DNA from: a virus
Lineage: Duplodnaviria > Caudoviricetes
Virus record (IMG/VR): IMGVR_UViG_3300015050_001236
Location: 3,050-67,049 of that record
Reading direction: 5' to 3' (one strand)
DNA: 64,000 bases
Shown here: positions 23,000 to 30,974 of the stretch, piece after piece
Position numbering within the stretch: position 1 is the stretch's first letter
Layout of the letters: every line of letters starts with the position of its first letter
Notes under the pieces: generated by a model
The model's database searches: none
Told to the model about the DNA's origin: nothing
Seen by the model: the letters and a program-made list of their open reading frames with translations, nothing else
Program-made: the position numbers and the translations under genes

Positions 23000-24115
23000 A
23001 TGCCAGCCTATTACAGCGAGTTCGACAAGAATGCCGCGGCGTGGCTGCGCGAGCTGATCAAACGCGGCCTGATTGCCGATGGAGAAGTCGATGAGCGAGA
23101 CCTCTGGGACGTCACCCCGAACGACATCCGAGGCTTCACCCAGGTTCACCTCTGCGCCGGGATCGGCGTCTGGAGCTACGCCCTCCGTCGCGCCGGATGG
23201 CCTGACGACCGGCCCGTCTGGACCGCAAGTTTCCCGTGCCAGCCTTTCAGCGCGGCAGGCGCGCGAGGCGGGTTTGCTGACGAACGCCACCTCTGGCCCG
23301 CCGGCCAGCACCTCATCAGCGAGTGCCGCCCTGACGTCGTCCTTGGCGAGCAAGTATCGAGCAAGGACGGCCTCGTCTGGTTCGACCTTGTATCGACTGA
23401 CTTGGAAAGAGCGGGCTACGCCGTTGGGGCGGCTGATACCTGCTCTGCGGGCGTCGGCGCCCCGCATATCCGGCAAAGGCTATACTGGGTGGCCGACGCC
23501 AAACTGCCCGCGCAACCACGACAGCGACCTGTCGGCGGGGCGGTTGTACGCGACGAAGATGCAGCGGGACTTGCCGGAAACGGCGTGGTTGTCAGACTGG
23601 ACCGAGACACCGGTGACGCCCGGATGCTTCAAGGACACGGAACTTCTGCCGATCGCGGGCTGGGGCACCCCGAACGCCTCGGCGCCGGGCGGGACACCGG
23701 AACAGGCGCCGGCGCGCAAGGAGGGCACGGGGGCGGGCATGTCGGTGACGACGCTCGACCATCAGGTGCAGTTGTCGGGCTGGCCGACGGTGCGCGCGAC
23801 CGACGCGGAGAAGAACGTCCGGACGCTGGAGGGCAGCCTGTCGGAGATCGAGCGGAAGGGCTCGCCACAGGACTTGGCGCAGGCGGCAGCGATAGCCGGC
23901 CCGGCCCGACTAACGGCCTCTGGCGAGATGCTGACTGGCTCTTCTGCCGGGATGGAAAGTGGCGGCCAGTTGAACCCGGCACATTCCCGCTGGCTCATGG
24001 GGCTCCCGCGCGAGTGGGACGTCTGCGGGGTTACGGCAATGCAGTCAATGCCGAAGCGGCAGTCGCGTGGATCGAAAGCTATCTCGAAGCCCGCGCCGAT
24101 CTCGCTGCCGCCTGA
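23000..24115 (+). CDS. C5-cytosine DNA methyltransferase, alpha-type polypeptide lacking motif IX
   Basis: CAGIG (I), FPCQPFS (IV), GEQV (VI), RQRLYWVA (VIII), RLRGYGNAV (X). Confidence 0.85.
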   Translation: MPAYYSEFDKNAAAWLRELIKRGLIADGEVDERDLWDVTPNDIRGFTQVHLCAGIGVWSYALRRAGWPDDRPVWTASFPCQPFSAAGARGGFADERHLWPAGQHLISECRPDVVLGEQVSSKDGLVWFDLVSTDLERAGYAVGAADTCSAGVGAPHIRQRLYWVADAKLPAQPRQRPVGGAVVRDEDAAGLAGNGVVVRLDRDTGDARMLQGHGTSADRGLGHPERLGAGRDTGTGAGAQGGHGGGHVGDDARPSGAVVGLADGARDRRGEERPDAGGQPVGDRAEGLATGLGAGGSDSRPGPTNGLWRDADWLFCRDGKWRPVEPGTFPLAHGAPARVGRLRGYGNAVNAEAAVAWIESYLEARADLAAA

Positions 24116-24155
24116 AGCCCCCAAGCCGCGGTTCTTTTTCGGACGGTTGTTCTGA
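23073..24155 (+). CDS. Nested +1-frame ORF, probable beta polypeptide of the C5-MTase (motif IX-like); true start uncertain
   Basis: Three GW(P/G)T(P/V) repeats; [18 protein letters not shown]. Confidence 0.65.
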   Translation: MPMEKSMSETSGTSPRTTSEASPRFTSAPGSASGATPSVAPDGLTTGPSGPQVSRASLSARQAREAGLLTNATSGPPASTSSASAALTSSLASKYRARTASSGSTLYRLTWKERATPLGRLIPALRASAPRISGKGYTGWPTPNCPRNHDSDLSAGRLYATKMQRDLPETAWLSDWTETPVTPGCFKDTELLPIAGWGTPNASAPGGTPEQAPARKEGTGAGMSVTTLDHQVQLSGWPTVRATDAEKNVRTLEGSLSEIERKGSPQDLAQAAAIAGPARLTASGEMLTGSSAGMESGGQLNPAHSRWLMGLPREWDVCGVTAMQSMPKRQSRGSKAISKPAPISLPPEAPKPRFFFGRLF

Positions 24156-24156
24156 C

Positions 24157-26352
24157 ATGCCCTTCGTCTTCCAAGACTTCGAGACCCAGTCGAACGCCGA
24201 CCTGCCGATCACCGGCACGATGCGCTATGTGCTCGACCCGAGCACGCGCGCCCTGCTGTGGTCGTGGTGCATCGACGAGGACCCGGTCAAGCTCTGGTGC
24301 CCCGACCTCAGGGGCGAACTGGTGCCCGAGGTGTGGGCCTACGTGAAGAGCCGCATGGCGGCGATCGGCGAGTGCCCCGCCGAGATCGTCGAGGCAATGC
24401 AGCAGCCGGGCTACTACGAGATCGGCTGGAACGAAGGCTTCGACCGGGCCGTGCGCCAGCAGGTCGTGACGCCCGACCACGGCTGGCCCCGGCTGGAGAT
24501 CGAACAGACTCTCGACGCCATGGCGCAGGCCCAGGCCAGCAACCTACCCGGCAAGCTCGACTGGGCCGGGCGCAAGCTCGGCCTCGGCAACAAGACCGTT
24601 GGCGGAACGGGCAACATGCTCCGCTTCGCGCGCCGGCAGGAAGCCCTGCCCGGCTCGCCCGCCGACATCGAGGCGCTGATGGCCAAGGGCCACCCCCGTG
24701 CACGCGCCATCGAGATCGCCATCGAAGCCTGGGACCTCTACCTCACCTACTCCGTGCAGGACACCGACCTGCTGCGCGCCGTGTGGAAGACGACGCGACC
24801 ACTCGATGCTCAGGAGTGGCAGGAGTACTGGGTCAGCGAGCGGATCAACGACCGCGGCATGTTGGTCGACCTCGACGTCTGCGCCGGCGCGGCCGCCTAC
24901 CGTGAAGAGGAGGCGCTGCACGTCGTCGAGCAGATCAAGGAGATCACCAACGGCCAGATCGCCGGGCCGACCTTCACGGCGCAGATCAACACCTGGATTT
25001 ACGACCGCCTGCCCGACGACCTCGCCGAGACGATGGTCAAGGAGCGCGACGCAGAGGGCTACGTGACGCGCCTGACCGGCGACAAGAACGTCATGGCGCG
25101 GCTGATCGAGGATATCGAGGTCAGCGCCACGCCGCCCGAGGACGCCGTGCTCGACCTGCTCGAGGTGCTCGAATACGGGCGCTCGTCCTCGGCGGTGAAG
25201 TTCGAGAAGATGCTGAACCAGACCGTCGATGGGAGGCTGTCGGGTTCTTACGTCTTCAACGGCGCCGGGCAGACAGGCCGCTACTCGTCCCGTGGGGTCC
25301 AGATCCACAACCTGCCCCGCGACTATTTGAAGAACGAGCTCGACGTGCTCGACCTTGTTGCCGGCGGCGTACCGATCGAGCGCATTCGCGAGGTCGGCCC
25401 GGTGTCCGCCACGCTCGCCAAGCTGATCCGCCCGACCTTCATTGCGCCCGAGGGCAAGATGCTGGTGTGGGGCGACTGGTCGGCGATCGAGGCGCGGGTC
25501 AACCCGTGGCTGGCCGATACGCGCGATGCCGAAGAGGCGGTGCTGACGCCGTTCCGGCAGAGCGACGTCGACGATTCGTTCCCCGACGTCTACATCCTCA
25601 ACGCCGCGGTGGTGTTCAACATTCCGGCTGACATCCTGTGGGAGCGCTACAAGAACGGCGACCCGGATGCCAAGTCAATGCGCCAGGCCGGGAAGGTCAT
25701 GGTGTTGTCGCTCGGCTTCCTCGGCTCGGTCGGCGCGCTCAAGAAGATGGCCAAGGGCTACAACATCCGGCTGACCGACGACGACGCCCGGCGCTGGGTC
25801 GACGGCTGGCGTGATCGCAACCGCTGGGCGCGGCGCTTCGGCGACAAGGCGCAGGAGGCCGCCTTCACGGCGATGGCCAATCCGCTGTCGCTGCAAAAGG
25901 CAGGCAAGCTGACCTACCAGTACGCCCCCGACCTGATGGGCGGCACGCTGATCTGCTTCCTGCCCGACCGCCGGCCAATCGTCTATCCGATGGCGCGGAT
26001 CGTCAAGGAAGAGAAGTTCGACAAGATGCAGGACGCCATCACCTACGTCCACGGCATGGGCCGCCGGTCACTGTGGAACGGGCTGCAAATCCAGGGCGGC
26101 ACGCAGGCCACGGCGGCGTCGATCCTGCGCCAGACGCTGGTTCGGCTGGAGACTTCCGAGACCGAGGCCGAGGTCGTCGGCCACACACATGATGAAGTGA
26201 TTGGCGAGGTCGATGCTACTAAAGCCAGTGGCTTTGCCAAGCGCCTCCTTGACGCTATGGTGACGGGCTTTCCGTGGACAGAGGGGCTGCCACTGGCCGC
26301 GGAAATCTCGACGGCGTGGTGGTACACCAAGAACCCGCCGAAGACGCACTGA
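24157..26352 (+). CDS. polA: Family A DNA polymerase with 3'-5' exonuclease
   Basis: ExoI DFET, ExoIII YSVQD, motif A DWSAIEAR, motif B RQAGK...L, motif C HTHDE. Confidence 0.92.
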   Translation: MPFVFQDFETQSNADLPITGTMRYVLDPSTRALLWSWCIDEDPVKLWCPDLRGELVPEVWAYVKSRMAAIGECPAEIVEAMQQPGYYEIGWNEGFDRAVRQQVVTPDHGWPRLEIEQTLDAMAQAQASNLPGKLDWAGRKLGLGNKTVGGTGNMLRFARRQEALPGSPADIEALMAKGHPRARAIEIAIEAWDLYLTYSVQDTDLLRAVWKTTRPLDAQEWQEYWVSERINDRGMLVDLDVCAGAAAYREEEALHVVEQIKEITNGQIAGPTFTAQINTWIYDRLPDDLAETMVKERDAEGYVTRLTGDKNVMARLIEDIEVSATPPEDAVLDLLEVLEYGRSSSAVKFEKMLNQTVDGRLSGSYVFNGAGQTGRYSSRGVQIHNLPRDYLKNELDVLDLVAGGVPIERIREVGPVSATLAKLIRPTFIAPEGKMLVWGDWSAIEARVNPWLADTRDAEEAVLTPFRQSDVDDSFPDVYILNAAVVFNIPADILWERYKNGDPDAKSMRQAGKVMVLSLGFLGSVGALKKMAKGYNIRLTDDDARRWVDGWRDRNRWARRFGDKAQEAAFTAMANPLSLQKAGKLTYQYAPDLMGGTLICFLPDRRPIVYPMARIVKEEKFDKMQDAITYVHGMGRRSLWNGLQIQGGTQATAASILRQTLVRLETSETEAEVVGHTHDEVIGEVDATKASGFAKRLLDAMVTGFPWTEGLPLAAEISTAWWYTKNPPKTH

Positions 26353-26402
26353 ACGACAGCGACACGCCCGCTTCAACGGCGCGCACAGGAACCGAACCAA
26401 CC

Positions 26403-26924
26403 ATGGGCAAACGCAGTGACTTCGTTCGCGTCGAGCGCGACTACTACAAAACCCCCTACGCCGCCGTGCCTGCCCTGCTTCCGCATCTCGAACCGAACAC
26501 GCGCTTCTGCGAGCCGTGTGCCGGCGACGGCACGCTGATCGACCACCTGACGAAGCACGGGCACGTCTGCGCCAGCGCCTGGGACATCGAGCCGCAGCGC
26601 GAGGACATCGCGCAGCACGACGCCCGGCAGCGGCTGATCGGCAACATCGACTGCTTCGTCACCAATCCGCCATGGGCGCGGCCGATCCTGCACGAGTTGA
26701 TCGTAGCGCTGTCGAACCAGCACCCGACGTGGCTTCTGTTCGACGCCGACTGGGCGCACACCCGGCAGGCAATGCCCTACCTGCCGCGTCTCAAGAAGAT
26801 CGTGGCCGTCGGTCGGCTGATCTGGATTCCGGGGACCAAGATGACCGGCAAGGACAACTGCGCATGGCACCTGTTCGAGCACGGCTGGAACCGCCCGGCG
26901 ATGTTCTACGGACGGCAAGCATGA
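26403..26924 (+). CDS. Small amino (N6-A/N4-C) DNA methyltransferase, orphan
   Basis: DYYKTP, motif I EPCAGDG, motif IV TNPPW. Confidence 0.85.
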   Translation: MGKRSDFVRVERDYYKTPYAAVPALLPHLEPNTRFCEPCAGDGTLIDHLTKHGHVCASAWDIEPQREDIAQHDARQRLIGNIDCFVTNPPWARPILHELIVALSNQHPTWLLFDADWAHTRQAMPYLPRLKKIVAVGRLIWIPGTKMTGKDNCAWHLFEHGWNRPAMFYGRQA

Positions 26925-29284
26925 CGCTCGACCCCCACGCCGACCGAACAGCCCTGCGCCTGAAGCTCTACGAGAACGGCTTCACACCGCTCCCGAACAA
27001 GCGAAAGATGTGCCTGCTCCCCGGATGGAGCACGATCAAGGTCACGCCCGAGGAGATCAACTCCAAGGGCTGGGCGAGGTCGAAGGCGTTCCTCGATACC
27101 GGCATTCGCTGCGGCGACATTGTGGCGCTCGACTGGGACATTGATGACCCCGCCCTCCTGAACGAGCTGCTCGACGCTGTCGTCACGCAAGGCCTGGTTG
27201 AGGAGAGCCCGTTCGTCCGCATCGGCAAGCCGCCGCGCGAACTCTGGGTCTTCCGTACCTCCGACAAGATCGGTAAGCGAACGACAGGGCATTTCGTTCC
27301 GCCCGGTTCAACCCCCGAGTTCTCCGGCTACGCCGTAGAGATCCTCGGCGCCGGCTGCCAGTTCGCCGCCTTCGGGCAGCGCGACGACACGACCGCCTAC
27401 GCATGGCCCGAGCAGTCCCTGCTTGACCACCCCTACATGGACCTGCCGGTCATCACCCTCAAGCAGGTCGACGCGCTCAAGGATTTCTGCGCGGCGTTCC
27501 TCGAAAGCCACGGCCTCGAGCGGCGCTCGCCCGGCGGCGGCACCGACGGCGGCTACACCCACGCCTACGACCTGACCGCCGAGATGGAGTTCGACGTCCA
27601 GGAGATCGGCCATCTCACCCTCGCCGAACTCGAAGCTGCCCTGCGCGCCAATCCCGAAGAGACGCTGCGCGTCACCGTCGACGCCTTCCGCCCGACCTCC
27701 GGCAGTTGGGCGGGCATGGCGAGCCTGCTCGGCGGTGCCATCTGCATCTCCGACCACGGCACCTACACCAGCCACTTCCCAGAGGACCTCGACACCCGCC
27801 GCTCGATGGCGGAACTCGGGGCCATGCTGGCGCAGCGCGCCATCGACAACCCGACACCACAGCCAGACGTGCCCGCCGCGCCGTCGAACCTGAGCGCCGA
27901 CCTGCTCGACCCGGCCGAGCCGTTCGACGACAACCTGCTCAAGGCCCTCGACCGCTACGTCTTCGACATGAAGAACAACGTCGTCTACGACCTGCAATCG
28001 TCGCTCAGCGCCATGCCGGTGCAGCATTTTGCCAACGCCATGGCGCAGCACTACCGGGAAGAACAGGGTGCGCAGGGCGGGCGCAAGGTGGTTCGCCTCA
28101 CCGACCAGTGGTTGCAGCACCCGAAACGGCTGAACGTCATGGACGTGCAGATGCGACCCGACAAGGGCATACCTTTCTACACCGAGGACAACGAGCGCTG
28201 CCTCAACACCTACCGCCCGGTCGTGCTGCCCGAGACCGGCGACCCATCGCTCGGCTTCGACTTCCTCGAACGCCTGCTGCCGATCGAGAGCGAGCGCCGC
28301 TACTTCACCCAGTGGCTGGCGCACAAGGTGCTCAACCCGCACATCCGCGGCACCGGCATCGTCATGGTGGCGCACGATACCTACGGCACCGGGCGCGGCA
28401 CGCTGGTCTACCTGCTGCGCGCCATCGTCGGCAACAAGCTGGTCAAGGAAGTCGATTTCTCCACCCTGACCGGCAAGACCTACCAGTCGCAGTACAACGA
28501 GTGGATGGTCGACAGCCTGTTCGTCGCGGTCAACGAGGCGCAGGAGCTGCCCGCCACCGGCAGCAAATGGCAGGCCCGGTCGAACGCCTACGAGAACCTC
28601 AAGGAGATCATCGACCCGGGCAAGCAGCACATCGACGTGAAGCGCAAGGGCGCGAAGAACGGCCAGGCCCGCACCTTCGCCTCGATCCTCGTGTTCACCA
28701 ACCACGGCGACTCGATCATCCTGCCCAAGGGCGACCGCCGTCTGTCGATCCTTGAAAACGGTACGCCGCCCGGCGAGGCGTTCTTCAAGGTCTTCTACGA
28801 CTGGCTGTCCGTTCCCGCCAATGTCGGGGCCTTCGTCGCCAGGCTCAGGCAGACCGACCTGTCCGACTATTCCGCCTACACCGCGCCACCGATGACCGCT
28901 TCGAAGAGCGAGATGATCGACGCGGGGATGTCGGACCTCGACCGGGTGTTCAACCGCGTCATGGCCAACTTCACCGACACGCTGCTGGTGCGCGAACAGG
29001 TCCTGCTGCGGATGGAGGACGACATCGCCGACTCCTCGGTCGAGATGCCGGACGACTGGAAGCGCATGATCGACCTCAAGCTGGCACGCGCCACGCGCAA
29101 GCTGCCCGACTACCTGCCGACCCGCGTTCGGGTGGACGGCAAGCAGCACACCGTCCGGATGGTCGGCCGCCCGGATGCCAAGGCTTTGCAGGACGCCGAT
29201 GGCGTGCTAGACGAGGTGCTGCGGAACGGCCCAGTCGTGCGTTCGATCAAGAGCGGCAACGTCGTGGCCTTCCCGATGAGATGA
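26921..29284 (+). CDS. Prim-Pol primase fused to a D5/SF3-like helicase
   Basis: N-terminal GF.PLP...PGW...GIRCG..VALDWD; C-terminal GTGRGTL, VNEA, LVFTNH. Confidence 0.85.
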   Translation: MTLDPHADRTALRLKLYENGFTPLPNKRKMCLLPGWSTIKVTPEEINSKGWARSKAFLDTGIRCGDIVALDWDIDDPALLNELLDAVVTQGLVEESPFVRIGKPPRELWVFRTSDKIGKRTTGHFVPPGSTPEFSGYAVEILGAGCQFAAFGQRDDTTAYAWPEQSLLDHPYMDLPVITLKQVDALKDFCAAFLESHGLERRSPGGGTDGGYTHAYDLTAEMEFDVQEIGHLTLAELEAALRANPEETLRVTVDAFRPTSGSWAGMASLLGGAICISDHGTYTSHFPEDLDTRRSMAELGAMLAQRAIDNPTPQPDVPAAPSNLSADLLDPAEPFDDNLLKALDRYVFDMKNNVVYDLQSSLSAMPVQHFANAMAQHYREEQGAQGGRKVVRLTDQWLQHPKRLNVMDVQMRPDKGIPFYTEDNERCLNTYRPVVLPETGDPSLGFDFLERLLPIESERRYFTQWLAHKVLNPHIRGTGIVMVAHDTYGTGRGTLVYLLRAIVGNKLVKEVDFSTLTGKTYQSQYNEWMVDSLFVAVNEAQELPATGSKWQARSNAYENLKEIIDPGKQHIDVKRKGAKNGQARTFASILVFTNHGDSIILPKGDRRLSILENGTPPGEAFFKVFYDWLSVPANVGAFVARLRQTDLSDYSAYTAPPMTASKSEMIDAGMSDLDRVFNRVMANFTDTLLVREQVLLRMEDDIADSSVEMPDDWKRMIDLKLARATRKLPDYLPTRVRVDGKQHTVRMVGRPDAKALQDADGVLDEVLRNGPVVRSIKSGNVVAFPMR

Positions 29285-29303
29285 CCTTGCCGAGGTTCGC
29301 TGA

Positions 29304-29912
29304 ATGGCCGTCAACCGAGCAACGCTCGAACTGATCAAAGACTTCGAAGGCTGGCGTGCCGCCGCCTACCCCGACCCGGCCACCGGCGGCGAACCGATTA
29401 CTATCGGATACGGCCACACATCTGCCGCTGGCCCGCCGGAAGTCAGCATGGGCATGAAGCTCACCCGCGCCGAGGGTGAAGAGATTCTCCAGCGCGACTT
29501 GCAGGCCGTCGAACGATCTGTTCGCGCCGCGGTCACCGCGCCGCTGAACGAGAACCAGTACGGGGCGCTTGTCAGTTTCACCTTCAATCTTGGCGCTGGC
29601 AACTTGAAGAAGTCGACGCTGCTCAAGAAGCTCAACGCGCTCGACTACGCCGGCGCAGCTGGCGAGTTCGGCAAGTGGAACAGGGCCGCCGGCAAGGTGA
29701 TGGCCGGGCTGACCCGCCGCCGCGCCGCTGAGCGCGCGCTGTTCCTGCTGCCTGCAAGCGTAGCGGTTCCGCCGCCACCGCTGCCCGAACCCGAGGACGC
29801 CATTGCGCCGCCGCCCGAGCCGATCAACTTCCGCCCGACGCTCGCCGGCTGGGGCCTGCTGCTGGTGCTGGCCGTCGCGCTCGCTGGCGCGGCGTGGATT
29901 CTGTTTACGTGA
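29304..29912 (+). CDS. GH24 lysozyme (endolysin) with C-terminal TM helix
   Basis: IKDFEG...YPDP.....TIGYGHT; FTFNLGAG; GLTRRRAAE; Pro linker then WGLLLVLAVALAGAAWILF. Confidence 0.9.
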   Translation: MAVNRATLELIKDFEGWRAAAYPDPATGGEPITIGYGHTSAAGPPEVSMGMKLTRAEGEEILQRDLQAVERSVRAAVTAPLNENQYGALVSFTFNLGAGNLKKSTLLKKLNALDYAGAAGEFGKWNRAAGKVMAGLTRRRAAERALFLLPASVAVPPPPLPEPEDAIAPPPEPINFRPTLAGWGLLLVLAVALAGAAWILFT

Positions 29913-29925
29913 TGAGGTTCCGACC

Positions 29926-30240
29926 ATGAAGTTTCTCAACGCCGCGACGCTGATGACACTGCTGCGCTACCTGCTGCAGGCGGTCGGCGGGGTGCTCGTC
30001 GCCAACGGCAAGTTCGACCCGGGTGCCTGGGATACCATCTCCGGCGCCGTGCTCGTGCTGCTGCCCGCCCTGTTCGGCGTGCTGGCCAGCAACGCCGACA
30101 AGGCCGTGATCAACGGCAAGACCGTGGCCGTCAAGAATTTGCCGCAGACGACGCAGGATGCCGTGAAGGCCAGCGTCAAGGCGGCCCCGAAGGCCGCGAT
30201 CTTTGAACAGCTATTCGGCGTCTTCTTCAAGAAGACCTGA
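29926..30240 (+). CDS. Putative holin or other membrane protein
   Basis: Two TM segments, directly after the endolysin. Confidence 0.55.
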   Translation: MKFLNAATLMTLLRYLLQAVGGVLVANGKFDPGAWDTISGAVLVLLPALFGVLASNADKAVINGKTVAVKNLPQTTQDAVKASVKAAPKAAIFEQLFGVFFKKT

Positions 30241-30349
30241 TACTCGTGCCTGCCCGAGCTGCCCGAATCAGCTCACCGCCTGAACGGCCTGCGCCCGCCT
30301 GCGCTGCAACCATGCATCGTCAGAAACCGTTCCGAAGGATGAGAAACAG

Positions 30350-30577
30350 GTGCCCCCGGTGGCTGCATCAGACGCCCAGTTCGAAGCGTTGCGAGATCGT
30401 GTCGTGAGCCTCGAGCAAAAATACGCCGTGCGAGAGGAGACTCTCCGCGTCATCGATACGCGTTTGGGGCGGATCGAGACGACGTTGTCACGCATAACCT
30501 GGTTGATCATCGGGGCCATCGGCTCCGGTGCAATGGCCTTCATCATCAATGGGGGGATGCGTGCCCCGGGCATATAG
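30350..30577 (+). CDS. Coiled-coil plus C-terminal TM protein (lysis-associated)
   Basis: RVVSLEQK...LGRIETTL then WLIIGAIGSGAMAFIINGG. Confidence 0.65.
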   Translation: MPPVAASDAQFEALRDRVVSLEQKYAVREETLRVIDTRLGRIETTLSRITWLIIGAIGSGAMAFIINGGMRAPGI

Positions 30578-30974
30578 GATTGTCGACAACTACCTCGCCC
30601 TGATCCTGCTGGTGCTGCTCATGTTCCTGCCCGTCTACGGGCCGCTCATGACGCAACTCGAAGGGCAACTCCTGCCCGTCACGTCCAAGGTGACGATCAT
30701 CGCCGATGAAGCGGCGCCGGGCGGGGGCCGTAACATCCGCTTCAGCTACGTCAAGCACCGGGCCTGCGAGATCGTCGGCACCTCACTGCGTATCGGCGAG
30801 CAGGAGGTTGGCTTCGAGCCGGCGGTCAACGACAACATGCCGCGCACCCGGCTGCCCGGCCAGCAGGTCTCGCGGCTATGGCACGTCAGCGCCGACGACC
30901 TGACGGGCATCGAACTGTGGTTCACGCACCGCTGCCACATCTTCTGGCTGACCTCGACGCAGGTCTTCCCTTAA
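30577..30974 (+). CDS. N-terminal TM periplasmic protein (start approximate)
   Basis: YLALILLVLLMFLPVYGP then beta-rich domain with two Cys. Confidence 0.55.

Noticed and set aside
24157-26352. PolA as DpoZ (2-aminoadenine genome)
   Set aside because: No PurZ, DatZ or MazZ-like gene in the window.
30238-30343. Holin frame stays open for about 34 codons after its TGA
   Set aside because: Short open stretches are expected at this GC; no lipobox or readthrough signal.
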